Source: Microbotryum violaceum
Taxonomy: Eukaryota
Assembly: GCA_001244265.2 (NCBI GenBank)
Contig: CDLV01000016.1
Span: 372,001-436,000 of the forward strand
Reading direction: 5' to 3'
DNA: 64,000 bases
The notes beneath the pieces were generated by a model. It had not been told where the DNA came from. It made no database searches and saw only the letters and a program-made list of their open reading frames with translations. Position numbers and translations under genes: made by a program. This document shows positions 13,261 through 25,529 of the stretch, in pieces. Numbering within the stretch: the stretch's first letter is position 1; each line of letters begins with the position of its first letter.

Positions 13261-15341
13261 ATGGTGGCCACACGATCATCTTCGGCGGCCAGTACGCCCA
13301 ACAAGGCCGCTGCCACTTCTCTGACCCCCAAGCCGCCGTCGTCCGGATCCCCTTCTGCGACCGGGTATGAGCCCGCTCCAAGATCGACCTCGTACGAGTT
13401 TGGCGGCCCGATCGGTGCGTTGGGCGTCACCCTCGCCGTGCCCTTCTTCGCCTATTGTCAGTATGCAGTCTGTACTCTGAGATCGCCAACATGAGATCGA
13501 TCCTCCAACTCACCCCCCTCACACCCCGTTGATCGCATGCTGCACTGCACCCATCCAACATTCAACAGGGCTCACGTTCGCGTGCACAGCTCAGCAATGT
13601 CCGTCGTGGCCCATGTCCAGCTTCCTCGACTTCCACGGCCAAGGTTTCCAACGGATGACGACTTCGCAGTTTTACCGCGACCTTTTCTCCAAGGAGGCCT
13701 CGATCGCTTACGGGCTGTGGTACCTCTGGACCGTCGTCTGTTGGGCGGTACTCCCCGGCGATCAGGTTCAAGGGGTCGAGTTGAGGGATGGGTCGCGTCT
13801 GACTTATACCCTGAACGGTGGGTGGCCCCGCGTCGCTGGTGCTGGTGCGGGTGGTGTGTGACTAAACGCCGCATGGTAATCCCCGCCAGCCTTCGCTACG
13901 ATGGTCCTCACGCTTGTCCTTGTTGCGACTGTCACCTACACCCAGGGCCTCAAGCCCTTGCTCTTCATCGTCGAGAACTACGTCCAGCTCATTTCGGCCG
14001 CCATCCTCATGAGCGTCGTGCAGGTGAGAGGCAAGACCAGGTGTGCGTGTTTGATCAGTAACAGCATACACCACACTGATGCTTTGCCCTTTCCCTCCCT
14101 TTCCCTCCCAGGCCCTCTTCGTCCACGTGCAATCGCACCAAAAGGAAGTCTCCGAGACGCTCGGAGCTCCCCGAGGATACCTCAAACAACCCATGCTCGC
14201 CCTCGGCGGCAACACCGACAGTGGCTTTTACAACGTCAGTAGCACTTCATGACCTCCGCGTTAACTTACGCACCAGAGCCTGACAAATATCATATCCCCC
14301 TCTCAGTGGTTCATCGGCCGAGGCCTTAACCCCCGCATCGGTTCTTTCGATATCAAGTCCTTCAACGAGCTCCGCCCCGGCATGATCCTGTGGATCGTCA
14401 TCGACCTCGCCATGATCGCGTACCAGTACCACACAATCGGGAGGGTCACCGATAGCATCTTGCTCGTCGTTGCATTCCATTCGTGCTATGTCTTTGATGC
14501 GCTTTACTATGAGGTTAGTTCCGGCTTTTAGTCCGAGTCTGAGGATAACGGTGCACAAGACTAACTTGGGGTGGTACTGCCTTCGTGGACAGGCGGCTAT
14601 TTTGACGACCATGGTCAGTAGGCAGAGGTGGTCCGGTCAGAATCGCATACCTTCTCGCGACTGACTTGTATTCGATCTGCTCTCGGACAGGACATCACGA
14701 CCGACGGCTTCGGCTTCATGCTCTCCGTTGGCGACCTCCTTTGGGTCCCTTTCACCTACTCCACCTCGACCCGCTACCTCGCCCTTCATCCCAACGACTT
14801 GGGTCCGGTCAAGACGGTGCTCATCATCGGGCTGCAGTTTTTGGGATATTGGATCTTTAGGAGCTCGAATAGCGAGAAGTACGAGTTCAGGAAGGGGAAC
14901 AATCCCAAGAGTGAGTGTACAAGCCCGGTAGGGTCCTTCGTGCAAAAGCCTGATACCATGCGGTCTGTCGTGGTCTGTGCACCAGACCTCAGTTTCCTGC
15001 AAACCGAACGAGGTACAAAACTTCTCACCTCCGGATGGTGGGGCCTATCGCGTCACCCCAACTAGTACGTCACACACACACACACCCTCTCATGCCTCCC
15101 ATCAACCCTAACCCCCCCACTCCTCCTCTCCCACAGTATGGGCGACTGGTTCATGTCCTGGGCCTGGTCCCTCCCCAGCGGTTTCTCCAGCCTTGTACCC
15201 TACTTCTATGTCATCTTTTTCGCGATCCTATTGATTCATCGGGGTATGAGGGACGATGAGGCGTGCGCGCACAAGTATAAGAAGGATTGGGAGACGTATA
15301 AAGAGATTGTGAAGTGGAGGATCATCCCTTATGTTCATTAG
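13261..15341 (+). CDS. ERG24: Delta(14)-sterol reductase (ERG4/ERG24 family); multi-exon
   Basis: YEFGGPIGA, LALGGNT, WFIGRGLNPRIGSFDIKSFNELRPG, DITTDGFGFMLSVGDLLWVPFTYS, LLTSGWWGLSRHPN and RDDEACAHKY..WRIIPYVH. Confidence 0.92.
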
Positions 15342-15521
15342 GGGGTCGCGTGGGGGGGGAAGACGAGGAGTGGCTGGGTGGCTGGGTGGCTGGGTATTGA
15401 AGTGGACGAAGAGGTAGAAGACAGGAAAATCTACTAATTTTATTATCTACACGTGTATGAAAACAATCGAGAGAACAATCGCGCATACCGAAGAAACCCC
15501 CTCCCTTTCCCCCCTTGGCAC

Positions 15522-16975
15522 TCATTCCGAAAGCCCAACAAAAGCACTCGCATAACTGACGCTACTCCCCCTGAGATCCTTAACCCGTTCACTCTGCTCG
15601 TACCTTGTCCAAACCAAACGACACTCTCCTCCAACCCCCTCCGAACCCTCCTCCGCTTCCACCTCCCTCTCAGCCCAGCTAGTCATGGCCCCCAACAGTA
15701 CCCCAATCGGATGTCTCCCGCAGATCGTATTCCTCGTCTGCTTGAGATAGGCATTGAACTCCTCATGCGCAGAACGAGGAGTTCGTCCTCCTTCCTCCTT
15801 CCCGTTTTGGTTGAAGGTAATGATTCTCATCCCCTCCCTATCCACTCTCTCGATCGACTGATCGATTGAACAACACCTTTCCCCCGTGCCGAGACTGGAC
15901 CCTCTAGTTAGGGCATGTCCCTCACCTACTCCGAGATCATGGCGGGGTATGAAGTAGGTGTAACCGAACCTCGTTCCCCAATGACAAAAATCGGAAGAGA
16001 TGACGAACAAGGTGTCCGCGGAACGGAGGTAAGGTTCCAGTAGAGTACCGTAGGTTTTCTCGGAGATGAAGGAGAGGGAACCGACGAGGATCGGGATCAG
16101 CGTGATGTCGGATCGACTAGGGAGGGGGAGAAAGATCGGTTAGATGAGGTAGAGGTAGAAACAGTCATGAGAGTCCCGTAGGTGGCTCGCCCTTCAAATA
16201 TTCTGCGAACGTAGCTATTAGCAGCGTAGAAATTAGCAGGTTGAGCATTCTCCCGGAGCGCTTACAAGGAACGGCGGCTTACGGGAGGTGCATCTCGATG
16301 CTAGGATCCGAGACGACGTGCCCGCGTCAGCTCGTCGGCTTGAATCTAATAACAAAGGCCCGATAACACCCACCTATGTTCTTCCTCATCGGTCTGTTGA
16401 TCCATCCATTCAAACTTGCCCGTCGCCGCGAGCTCGGCGATCGCTTCAGGGGTTCAAAAAAGTGCCATGAAGTGTGATTGATCAGCCTCGCAGCGCGAAG
16501 CGCGAATGATTCTGAACCCAAGCACCCACTCTTCTTATCTAACTTCAACGGCCCCAAAGGCGTAGCATATTCATCGCACTGCGAGAGTGCGCACCCGGGT
16601 AAAGCGACGTGGTGCGACGGGCCGAGGATGAAGATTCGTTTACTAAGTGAGAGTCACATCCGAGGATGCCGAGGCCCGTGGGAAGTCGAGCATCAGTGTG
16701 TTGGGTGTTCTTATTGGCACCTGGAACATTCCCTCACATGTGTTGTACGTCAATGCAGCGGTAAGCCCACGCCGCTGCGGGACCTGAATACGCATACCCC
16801 GCGTGTCTGTTGTATCAGGCCAAGACGACGACGCCAGCAGGTCCCCCCACCCCACACGCAATCAAGTCAGACAGCGCCTCCTCTACTCTTCCGAGCGATA
16901 CTGTCGAAGTCACTCACGGCGCAATGACGGCTTTGCACCCTCCGATCGGATAGCTAGTGGGTGTATTGGGCTCAT
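15522..16975 (-). CDS. MEMO1: MEMO1-family (AmmeMemoRadiSam protein B) protein; multi-exon, start approximate
   Basis: [59 protein letters not shown] and YEQS..SSVSYAS. Confidence 0.88.
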
Positions 16976-17403
16976 CCGAGTTGTCAGGGCCTACAGCTTG
17001 CAGCCATTCCTTCAATTGACGATCGAGCTTGGAGCCTGTCCGCCGTTGCCGCAACGGACGAATGGGATGGGGTCAGTGTGCAGTTCCCTAGGCATGGGAG
17101 GGAGTCAGTGTAAGACTACTTGCTCGAGTTGGTGTACCATGACCCTGCGTGCGAGGCGGTGCGAATGAGGGGGGACATGGCTGATTGTGGATTGACCGAG
17201 TGAGAGCGATGACGAGGAGCCCCGATTGCGGCGAAGTGGGGGAAGGGAGCCAGAGAGGCGCGGGCGAGCTATCGGGCGAGCTATCGGGCGAGCTGGGAAC
17301 TCGGACTGAGCCAGCCATCGAATGCTCTCGGAGGTACGCAGATCTTCCGTCCTCGAATGAAAATAAGAACAAGATCCATTCCACAATATCACCTCCTCCT
17401 ATC

Positions 17404-20400
17404 CTACATCCCCCTCGAATCGACCGGTTCGACCAACTCCATCCTCACCTTGCCCCTCTGCGTATTCTTATCCTTCTCCACCGAAATCTCGACCGTCACT
17501 TTATCGAAAACTCCGATCGTCACCTTGTCCTGTCCATCTTTGGACATCGGGATCGAGATCTCGTACTTTTCGGCATCGTATTCGTTCTCCCTTTTGAAGG
17601 TGACGAGGCCTTCTAGACCGAATCTGAGAACCACGACCAAAAAGACCTCGTCACTCCACCGCACACCCAAAACCGAACGAACCGTCACCTTTCCAAGAAA
17701 CTCACTGTGAAACAAACACAGCCAACCCGTTCCTGAACGTCCTAATCACGAACGCCTCGGCCCTCACCTTACCCAGCCCCTGCCCAACTCTAGCAGTTTC
17801 CCTCCCCTCAATCGCCAACGCGACATAAAACTCGATACTCGCCCTCGCGGCTTGTTGAGCCCCTCGATGTCGTTTGTTCACCACGCCCAGCGTCTTCTCC
17901 ACGAATGCTTTGGTCTGTAAACCCGCGTGTAAGGGAGTGGAAGAACAAGCGGCGGACAATTGTCGATGGACCAAAACATCGGCGTAGCGACGGATAGGCG
18001 AAGTGAAATGCGTGTAGATCGGGGAGGCGAGACCGTAGTGACTGAACTCGGACCGCGCCAGCAATCCGGAACAGAAGTATTCGGCGGAGAGCATGCAGCG
18101 CGTCGCCATGATGCGGACGAGCGTGTTGAACGCCGGTAATTCCGGGTCCTGAGTAGGGTCCAGATTCAGGGGATCAGTTCATGCGTTTTGGCGAAGCGTG
18201 GTGGGCGGCGAACTTACGACGCATTCGTCAAGCGATTTCGCCAGGGCACCTGAACTGGACGCGTCGAGACTCATCCCCCTTCGTTTCGCCAAGACGTCCT
18301 GCAGGACCTCAAAGTTTGTCTTGGGCGGGGGAGCGTGCCGCCTGCGTGAGTCCAAAGAACACCAATCCCTTCAGTTCCAAACTCCACCGGCTGCGTCGAA
18401 CAACGCTCAGGACGCACCTCAGCACAGCGGTCTGAGGGAACTGTTCATAAATCCTCCTCGCGACCGAGATATTGGCCAACAACATGAACTCCTCGACCAA
18501 CGAATTCGTCTCGTACATCTCCTTCTGTTCGACATCGATCGGTTCGGAGGACTCGGCCGATTCCATGTGAATCTTGACTTCGGGGGAAGCGAGGTTCAAG
18601 GCGCCGGCTTGGAAGCGCTTGGCGCGCAACTTGATGGCGATTGAGTTGAGAAGTCGGATGCCGTTCGTAAGAGGGTCGTTGAGAGATCTGGAAAGGTCGT
18701 TTGTCATGTTAGTGCCTCCAATCTCAAGCCAACTGCTTCGACAATGGAACGTACTTGTCATCCTTCCTCTTTTGCGCTGCCTCGTACGTGAACGCCTCCT
18801 TGGAAGCAATCACACTCTTGGTGAACCTCACATCGACCAAATTCGCCTCGTCGTCAATCTCCCATATGACCGAAAACGCCAATCTCTCGACATACGGTCG
18901 AAGCGAACACAGGTTCGTCCCCAGGAGAGCAGGCAACATGTCGACTCGTTTGTCGACGAGGTAGACTGTGGTTCCTCTTGATGCGGCTTCGGCGTCCATG
19001 GGATTATCGGGATGGACGAAATGCGAGACATCGGCGATATGTACGCCAGCTTCGATGTTGCCGTTCGGTAAACGTTTGGCATGCAAGGCGTCGTCAATGT
19101 CCTGGCATCCAGGTGGATCAATCGAGCAGACGATTTCGTCCCTCATATCGACTCGACTTTGCCAGATGCCCTTGGGGTCGTCATCCTTGGGCGGAACGAC
19201 CCAACTGTCCCCTTCTTCAGGAAGACAACTCAAAATCGCGTTCGAGAAAGGTCGATAAGGCACTTCCCATTCTTCCAGCAACGACTCGAGTTCACCCTCC
19301 TTACTCCCAACTTGACCCAACGTGCGGACGAAATGCCCTTCGGGGTACTTGGACGTCGTGGGCCATCGATCGATCGAGACGAGAAACTTTTGCATCGACA
19401 AGAGCGCGGCTTGGCGCGTGAGGATACGAATGCGAGGAATCGAGCGCGAGACGGGGGAGGCAAAGATCGGGGTCGAAGTTGTCGAGGTTAGAGCGGCAGG
19501 AGGTAGGGACGATCGATCAAGGTGGCAGACATATGTCCTCCAATTGCGCTTCATGACCCCGACGACACGGCCGGTCGGTTGCACGTCCTTTCTCGCCACG
19601 GGGTTCTTCGAGTCCTCGTCATCATCACTCTGACCATCGGTCTCTTGTTCGGATCCATCGGCCGATTCAGCATCTGGATCGTCGTTCTTGGCTACGGTAT
19701 CGGCATCGACGACATCGACGGCCGCGCCTTGCCATTGTGATTCGGGCAAGAGTTCAACAACGACGACATCGCCGGCGACGGAACGGTTCATGCTCTCGAG
19801 GCCGACGAGGAGGATCGGTTTCGAACGACCGTGGCATGCGACCGTGGCCTGTGCGCGGGAGGAGAATGGTCTTGGTAAGTGCCTTTGCGGATAGACCGCT
19901 CACCTCGGACGCACCTCTTTATAATTGTACGGGTTGGGATTGAAGTGGCCCTGGAACAATTTGCCGGCCTTGACGCCGGCTTGAAGGACCGAAGGCAAGA
20001 GGTACTGTGGGCAGGACGACGACGCAGAAACGTGAGTCTCGGGATGAACACAAGTTCGGCTTACTCGGCTTCCTCGCTCACCTCGGGATACAATGCCCTC
20101 CCCTTGTGACCGCCAGCGGAGCGATGGGAGTCGATGCCCGCTTGAGCGAGGAGATCGAGCAGTTCATCCTGGACCTGCTGAGGTTGGGCATGGACGTATT
20201 CTCGGACGGTCATGGTCGGAATCTTCTGCGCTTGGGCTTGTTGTTTGTTGCCTTCGTCGTCGGTCAAGAGGATTACGGATGATTTGGCTGAGGCTGTGGT
20301 GGTGGTCTTTTGTCGCTTCGATGACGAGGGTTCGTCCGAGGCCGAGAGTGGAGTGCCCAAGTGCGCCGCGTAGTAGCTTGCCAAATGACGAATGGCTGCA

Positions 20401-20941
20401 GGATGAATCCAATCAGATGAGAAAACGCAAGGGTGGCCCGCCCGCCCGCCCGTTTGCTAGACTGACCCCTATCATTGCGATCATTTGGCGACTCGGCATG
20501 ATTCGTCTCGAGAAAAAGTTCCTCGCTGGCCTCGTTCCATACCGTATAAGCTCTCTTGACTTGCTCGGCCGACGTATTCGCTTTTGTAGCGTTCTCGTCG
20601 CACAAAGCCCTCAGTCGATTCCAGAGAGGCAGGGAACGATGCCTTACTTCATCGAGCACGGTTTGAGCGACGAGGAGGATCGCGGGGAATTGGGGGGAGG
20701 AGACGAGGTCGAACTGGTGCAGGACGACGTTGGTGTCGAGCACGACCCAGTTGGGGATCGAGGAAGGGAGCGGAGGGAAGGAGGACAACGGCCGGAGGTA
20801 GTGTTGGTGTACGACGCGTTGTAGTTGACCTCGCGCGGTCTTGCGCCAGAACGATTGCGACTGCGACGAGGACGAGCCGGTGGTACGAGCACGTTGGATC
20901 GTGATGCGCGAGGGCGGTTGGTGCACATCGACCGTCGCCAT
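17404..20941 (-). CDS. DIS3: Exosome catalytic subunit Dis3/Rrp44 (PIN + RNB + S1)
   Basis: PIN motifs [27 protein letters not shown] and LLTDD. RNB motifs [40 protein letters not shown] and [21 protein letters not shown]. Confidence 0.96.
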
Positions 20942-21296
20942 CTTGGAGAGGAGGTTCAACCAGTGCAGAGTGGGGACGGAGCGCAGAGTGGCAAGTGGCG
21001 CGGGCGCAAGTCGAGTCAGCTGCGAAGAAGCGCCTCGGCTTGTGTAATCAGAGATGCGACCCTGACGAACTCATGGAAGCTGGGTTAATGCCGCGAGCAA
21101 ACTCGTGCATTTATCAATTACGCGCGCGCGTTTACTCCCGAAGCTTGACGCATCTACCCAGGTAGTAAGGTGCAAAGTTCACTTACAAATGGTGCATTCT
21201 TCGCGCAAGTTTGGTGCGTTTGCTCCGGAAGAAAGGTGTGTTTACCAATTAAGGATGGTGCATCTACCACGCAGCGCGCGCGCGGGGCAATCCGCT

Positions 21297-22315
21297 CAAG
21301 GCTACGCTTAAGCTTAGTTGCTCCATAGTTAGTTAGTTAACTATGTGTAAAATCCCACCTTCCAGCCATAACTATCTAACTATCAACTATGACCCAATAG
21401 TTAGTTAACTAACTATAGTTGGGATAGTTAACTAAGAAAAACTATCAAAATGGCCCCTAATAATGACGCACGCCGAGCGTCGTTGAGGGCTTACCAAACG
21501 CAATTGCCCCATACGGCTCAGCAGTATGCAGCAATTGTGTGGCTGTATTGAACCTCTTGATCCTCTGGCTCTGCCACCGACTTGTGAGAGCCGCTCGATG
21601 CCATGCTCTCAAACTATCCTCTTATGATAGTGTAATAGTATAGTGAACTCGAGCGGTAGACCTACTCTTGAAACAACCGCTGACAACAGTAATCTGTCAT
21701 TTGAACAAGATTCTACATGACAGACTTACACCTCATCATCATCATCGAGGTGAATTGTTTCTCTACTACTAGTTCCTGTGGCGCGCGTCTTGGCGGACAC
21801 GACCTTTGAGGGCTGCGCGCTGTATGACAATCTGACGATAGCTGTAGATATGTATGCAGAGTTGGAGTCAGTGATGAGACCAGAAGGTGCGGCAGGACAA
21901 CAGAAAAAACTCACGAGTAAATATCAGCGTAACTCAATCACGGCAACCAATTTTCTTACGAGCAGCGTCATTCTCAGCAACAGCGCCGGCCCAGCTGCCA
22001 ACGCACGTCTTAGCATTCAAGAGGGACCCGGAAGTGGCGTGTTGCAGTTGATTAATGGTACGGCGCCCAGCGGAAAAGGCGCGTTCCGCATCGTAGGCGG
22101 TCCAAGGCGTCGTCAAGAAATCGCCATCTCGGCCAATGCTCCGTTCCCCGGCAGTCCTCGGCGACCCCTATAGTTGCCATAGTTACAATAGTTAACTATG
22201 ATATCCTCCGAGCCCGAACTAACTAACTATCAACTATGCCTCAATAGTTGGGATAGTTAGTTAACTATTTGCGGTGGCGTAGTTAGTTAACTAACTAAGC
22301 TTAAGCGTAGCCTTG
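21297..22315. mobile_element. hAT-like non-autonomous element/MITE (~1.0 kb)
   Basis: TIR CAAGGCTACGCTTAAGCTTAGTT at both ends. 8-bp flanking duplication AATCCGCT / ACTCCGCT (1 mismatch). Many subterminal TAGTTAGTTAACTA-type repeats at both ends. Confidence 0.85.
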
Positions 22316-23455
22316 ACTCCGCTGGATCTCGTGTAGTATGGCTGAAGCTTGACGAACCCTCCTACATGATCATCAAGTACGTCCAACTTCAAGAAGCACT
22401 CTCATCAGGACCTCATGTAGTTGGAAAACGTGCCTGCACCCCCGGCTCTCGTCCCAGCCGCGGCCATCGTCCGGACCCCGGACCGAGTAATCCCCCCCCA
22501 CACCCTAGGCTGCAGTACAATGACTAAGACGATCAATCATATCAAAGCTGCTGGATGTGTCCCTATGGAGTGGGACACCTTGTATAGCATTCCTCGCCGT
22601 ATTTCCTGCCTCAGCAACTCGGACAAGGAAAATCATTGACTGCCTTTCCAAACCATTCGTAGACCTGTCCAAACAAAGCTAGTAGCACATCACCAAGTGT
22701 TCTCGCAAATGTCACTAGCCGCGATCATTATCTCATTATATGTATATACATCCTTCCGTTTTACTCATAATGGCACGGCTTAGGATCGACGACCTCACTC
22801 CTCTTCTTGCAGCTGCTCAAAATAAACCACGACCAATGTGAGTGTTCTGGTGACAAGGAAGGGTCCGATGCAGTGTGGAAGAGCCCATACCTTGAGCGAT
22901 TGACTCCAACATCAGAGTTGCATTGCGAGCCCGGCATTGCGTGCAAGGCTTCAGCGAAGCCGCGCAGTTTTGAAAAAGGATGCTTCCCTCTTGCGCTTCG
23001 ATCGGCGAGGGCTTGGGGCATTTGTGGATATAGCGGCAATTGACCGAACGGCCAATGTACGTGTTTGATACCTTGGCAAGCAAGCAACGACCTCGAGCGC
23101 CTCAGACACCGGCAGAGAGTTGGTCGGGTCGAACTTTACGACCCTCTGGAGTCTCATCGGCGGCGCATCTGGCATCGAACCAATCGTTGCAATTGACGGT
23201 GCCGGGTTGGGCCGCGGGCTTCGCGTAATCAACGGAGCAGTACATTGAGCGTCGGGATTGGACTCAGAGGTGTACATTGTGCCGATCGAAAGGTCAATCA
23301 GAATGAGGGTAGGCGGGGATTTTTTTTCAATGCCGGGCGATCCCAAGGGCTTCTCTTCGAGCTCCGGCGAACTCTCCTTGAGCGCGAGTGGGATAGATTC
23401 TCCATACACAAGAGTGTCAGCCTCAATATCAAGCAAGCTTGAACTATCACTAAGA

Positions 23456-24635
23456 TCAGATAGTTGAGATCAACAGTAGGATGATTGACCGGGAATCGGC
23501 GGACGAGCTCCACTCCCCTCTCGCAAATCGAGGGGAGGGGGGGGGGGGGGTTGGGGGTTCAGGATTTGCTTCCAACTCCGTGTCACACCGCAAGCGAGCA
23601 TGTTTAACCACGTCTAACATGTATGCGCGTTGGTTAGCATAGAAGTTGTCCTGTAGTGGCTTGAGTGGGCTCCAGCTCCAGTCTAACTCAGACTGAAACG
23701 CAACCGCCGCGACCAACGTTTCCATCGTTCGACAAACGCAGACGCCGCAAGCGTTGCCATCGGGCTGTCGCGTAAACTCTGTCCTAGGCATCAAGTCCCC
23801 CTTCTTCGGTACTCGCGGTTTCACGATCACTCGCTCCCACTCTGCGTACGGGATTGTGAGCCGGTCACTGCCTCCGGTGACACGAGGGATGGGTCCTTCT
23901 GCCCGAGCCGTGATGAAAGGAACGATGTTCTGCGATCATGAGCTCGGGGATTATAGTCAGCCTATCAGGTAAGCGGAATCCATACAAGTCGCTTCTCCCT
24001 CTCACCTTCAAACAATTGGCAAAGTTTTGTTCCGGCGATGGAATGTTCGGGTCGTCTACGCTTTCTTTAGATCGCCGCAGCGAGTCATGGAAGCGGAAGG
24101 TGTGGTCGGATAGACGGGCCTCAACAAGCACCCAATGACCGGGCACAATGTCAGGTGATCCGCCGGATGCTGATGGAAAGAGATCGATGGAGCACCGTGC
24201 ATGTTTCGATTACGGCGAGGCAACGTTCGTATTTGCAGGCTGTCCATTCGTGCTCCTGTTCAGGTTGGTTTCGCCAATGAAGGATAGGAGGAGGATCGGC
24301 GAGGAACAGTTTTGTCCGTTTTGCTTCCTAATCAGCAACTTCAACTAGCCATCAATGACTGCTTATGCTTGGAACCAGTATCGACCTACTTCGGTGGCCA
24401 TGTACAAAGGAAGCTTGAGAATTGGTATGGTGTCCTTGAGCGTCCATTCATCTGCTTTCCTTCGGTCACCAAGAATCAGCGGCCATTGCCCGTAGTCGGC
24501 TTTCTCTTCCGCCGACCAGAGGAGGTTCGACGACATGATCGCTTGACGTTTGGCTTGCATTGTGTCATGCTCCAGCTGTAGATGGTTAGGTGCACAATTT
24601 TCGAGGAGGTTGACGACTTGGCGCAGTCGATCCAT
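23456..24635 (-). pseudogene. Fragmented Ulp1-like (peptidase C48, SUMO protease) coding remnant inside the transposon
   Basis: Catalytic motifs occur in order in separate frames: PGHWVLVE (His), FRFHDSL (Asp) and RQPDGNACGVCVC (Gln/Cys). Broken by frameshifts and/or introns. Confidence 0.75.
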
Positions 24636-25529
24636 GGCTTCTTCGCCCCCATCGGAGGAGCTGGCTTCGGAGTCGTCGACGGCGGGGTCTGAGTCGGCGT
24701 TCGAGTCGACTCAGTCGGAGCAGCCCTCAGGAGTCATTGGCATTTGATTGGAGTGCGTCACTGAGGGAGATCGTCAATGATATCGGGTTCCCGCTGGCCC
24801 AAGTCTTTCTTCTGGGTAGACGTAGTCGAGGACATCTGGGAGGTGCCACGTGCAGGTGGGCGGGTCATGTCGATTGGTCGGGTCCCAATGCGGGGTCGGC
24901 CACCCTTGTTCTGGAGCGTTGCATTCATCTGCTGACTGGACATGACGTATGCGACACGGGTTTTGGAACCAAGGCGAGTATCTGTGGATGGCAACGGATG
25001 GCAAGAACTGGCGTGGCGCGGTGAACATGAGTCGAAAGTAGAAGTAGGCATTTGGCGCGACGCGACGCGTCAAGCAGGCTACGTGCACCCAGACAAAATT
25101 AAGCAAGTTCGCTGGCGGCGATGCGCGGCTGTGCAGTGGATGCAGGGCCCACTTTGCTTGGGCAGTGACACGCATGATCGGATCACTTGACCCGTTGTAG
25201 TACCCAGTAAAAGAAAGAGTGAATATTCGATGCCTGGGGGTCTTCGTCGAGCCCGTGTGGGGGGGGGAGTACGGGCACGATTTTCAACTACATGAGCTCC
25301 GGGTGAGAGTGCGTCTTACTAAGGGTGGACATACTTGGTGGTCATGTAAAAGGCCTCGTCAAGTTACAGGGTGATACATGGCATACTACACGAGATACAG
25401 CGGATTGCCCCGCTACGTGGTAGATGCACCATCCTTAATATAATTATACCAGTGGGAACCCGTTAAATTAACGGGAGGATGTAATTCAAAAAATAGCAGG
25501 ATAATCGAACAGTCTACATGATACCAGCG

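Larger units (their letters stand above)
21253..25434. mobile_element. Nested TTAA-flanked long-TIR element carrying a decayed Ulp1/C48 protease gene
   Basis: TTAA|GGATGGTGCATCTACCACG at 21249-21271 mirrors CGTGGTAGATGCACCATCC|TTAA at 25416-25438. Imperfect inverted similarity resumes after the hAT insert (22316-22440 vs ~25270-25400). Confidence 0.82.
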
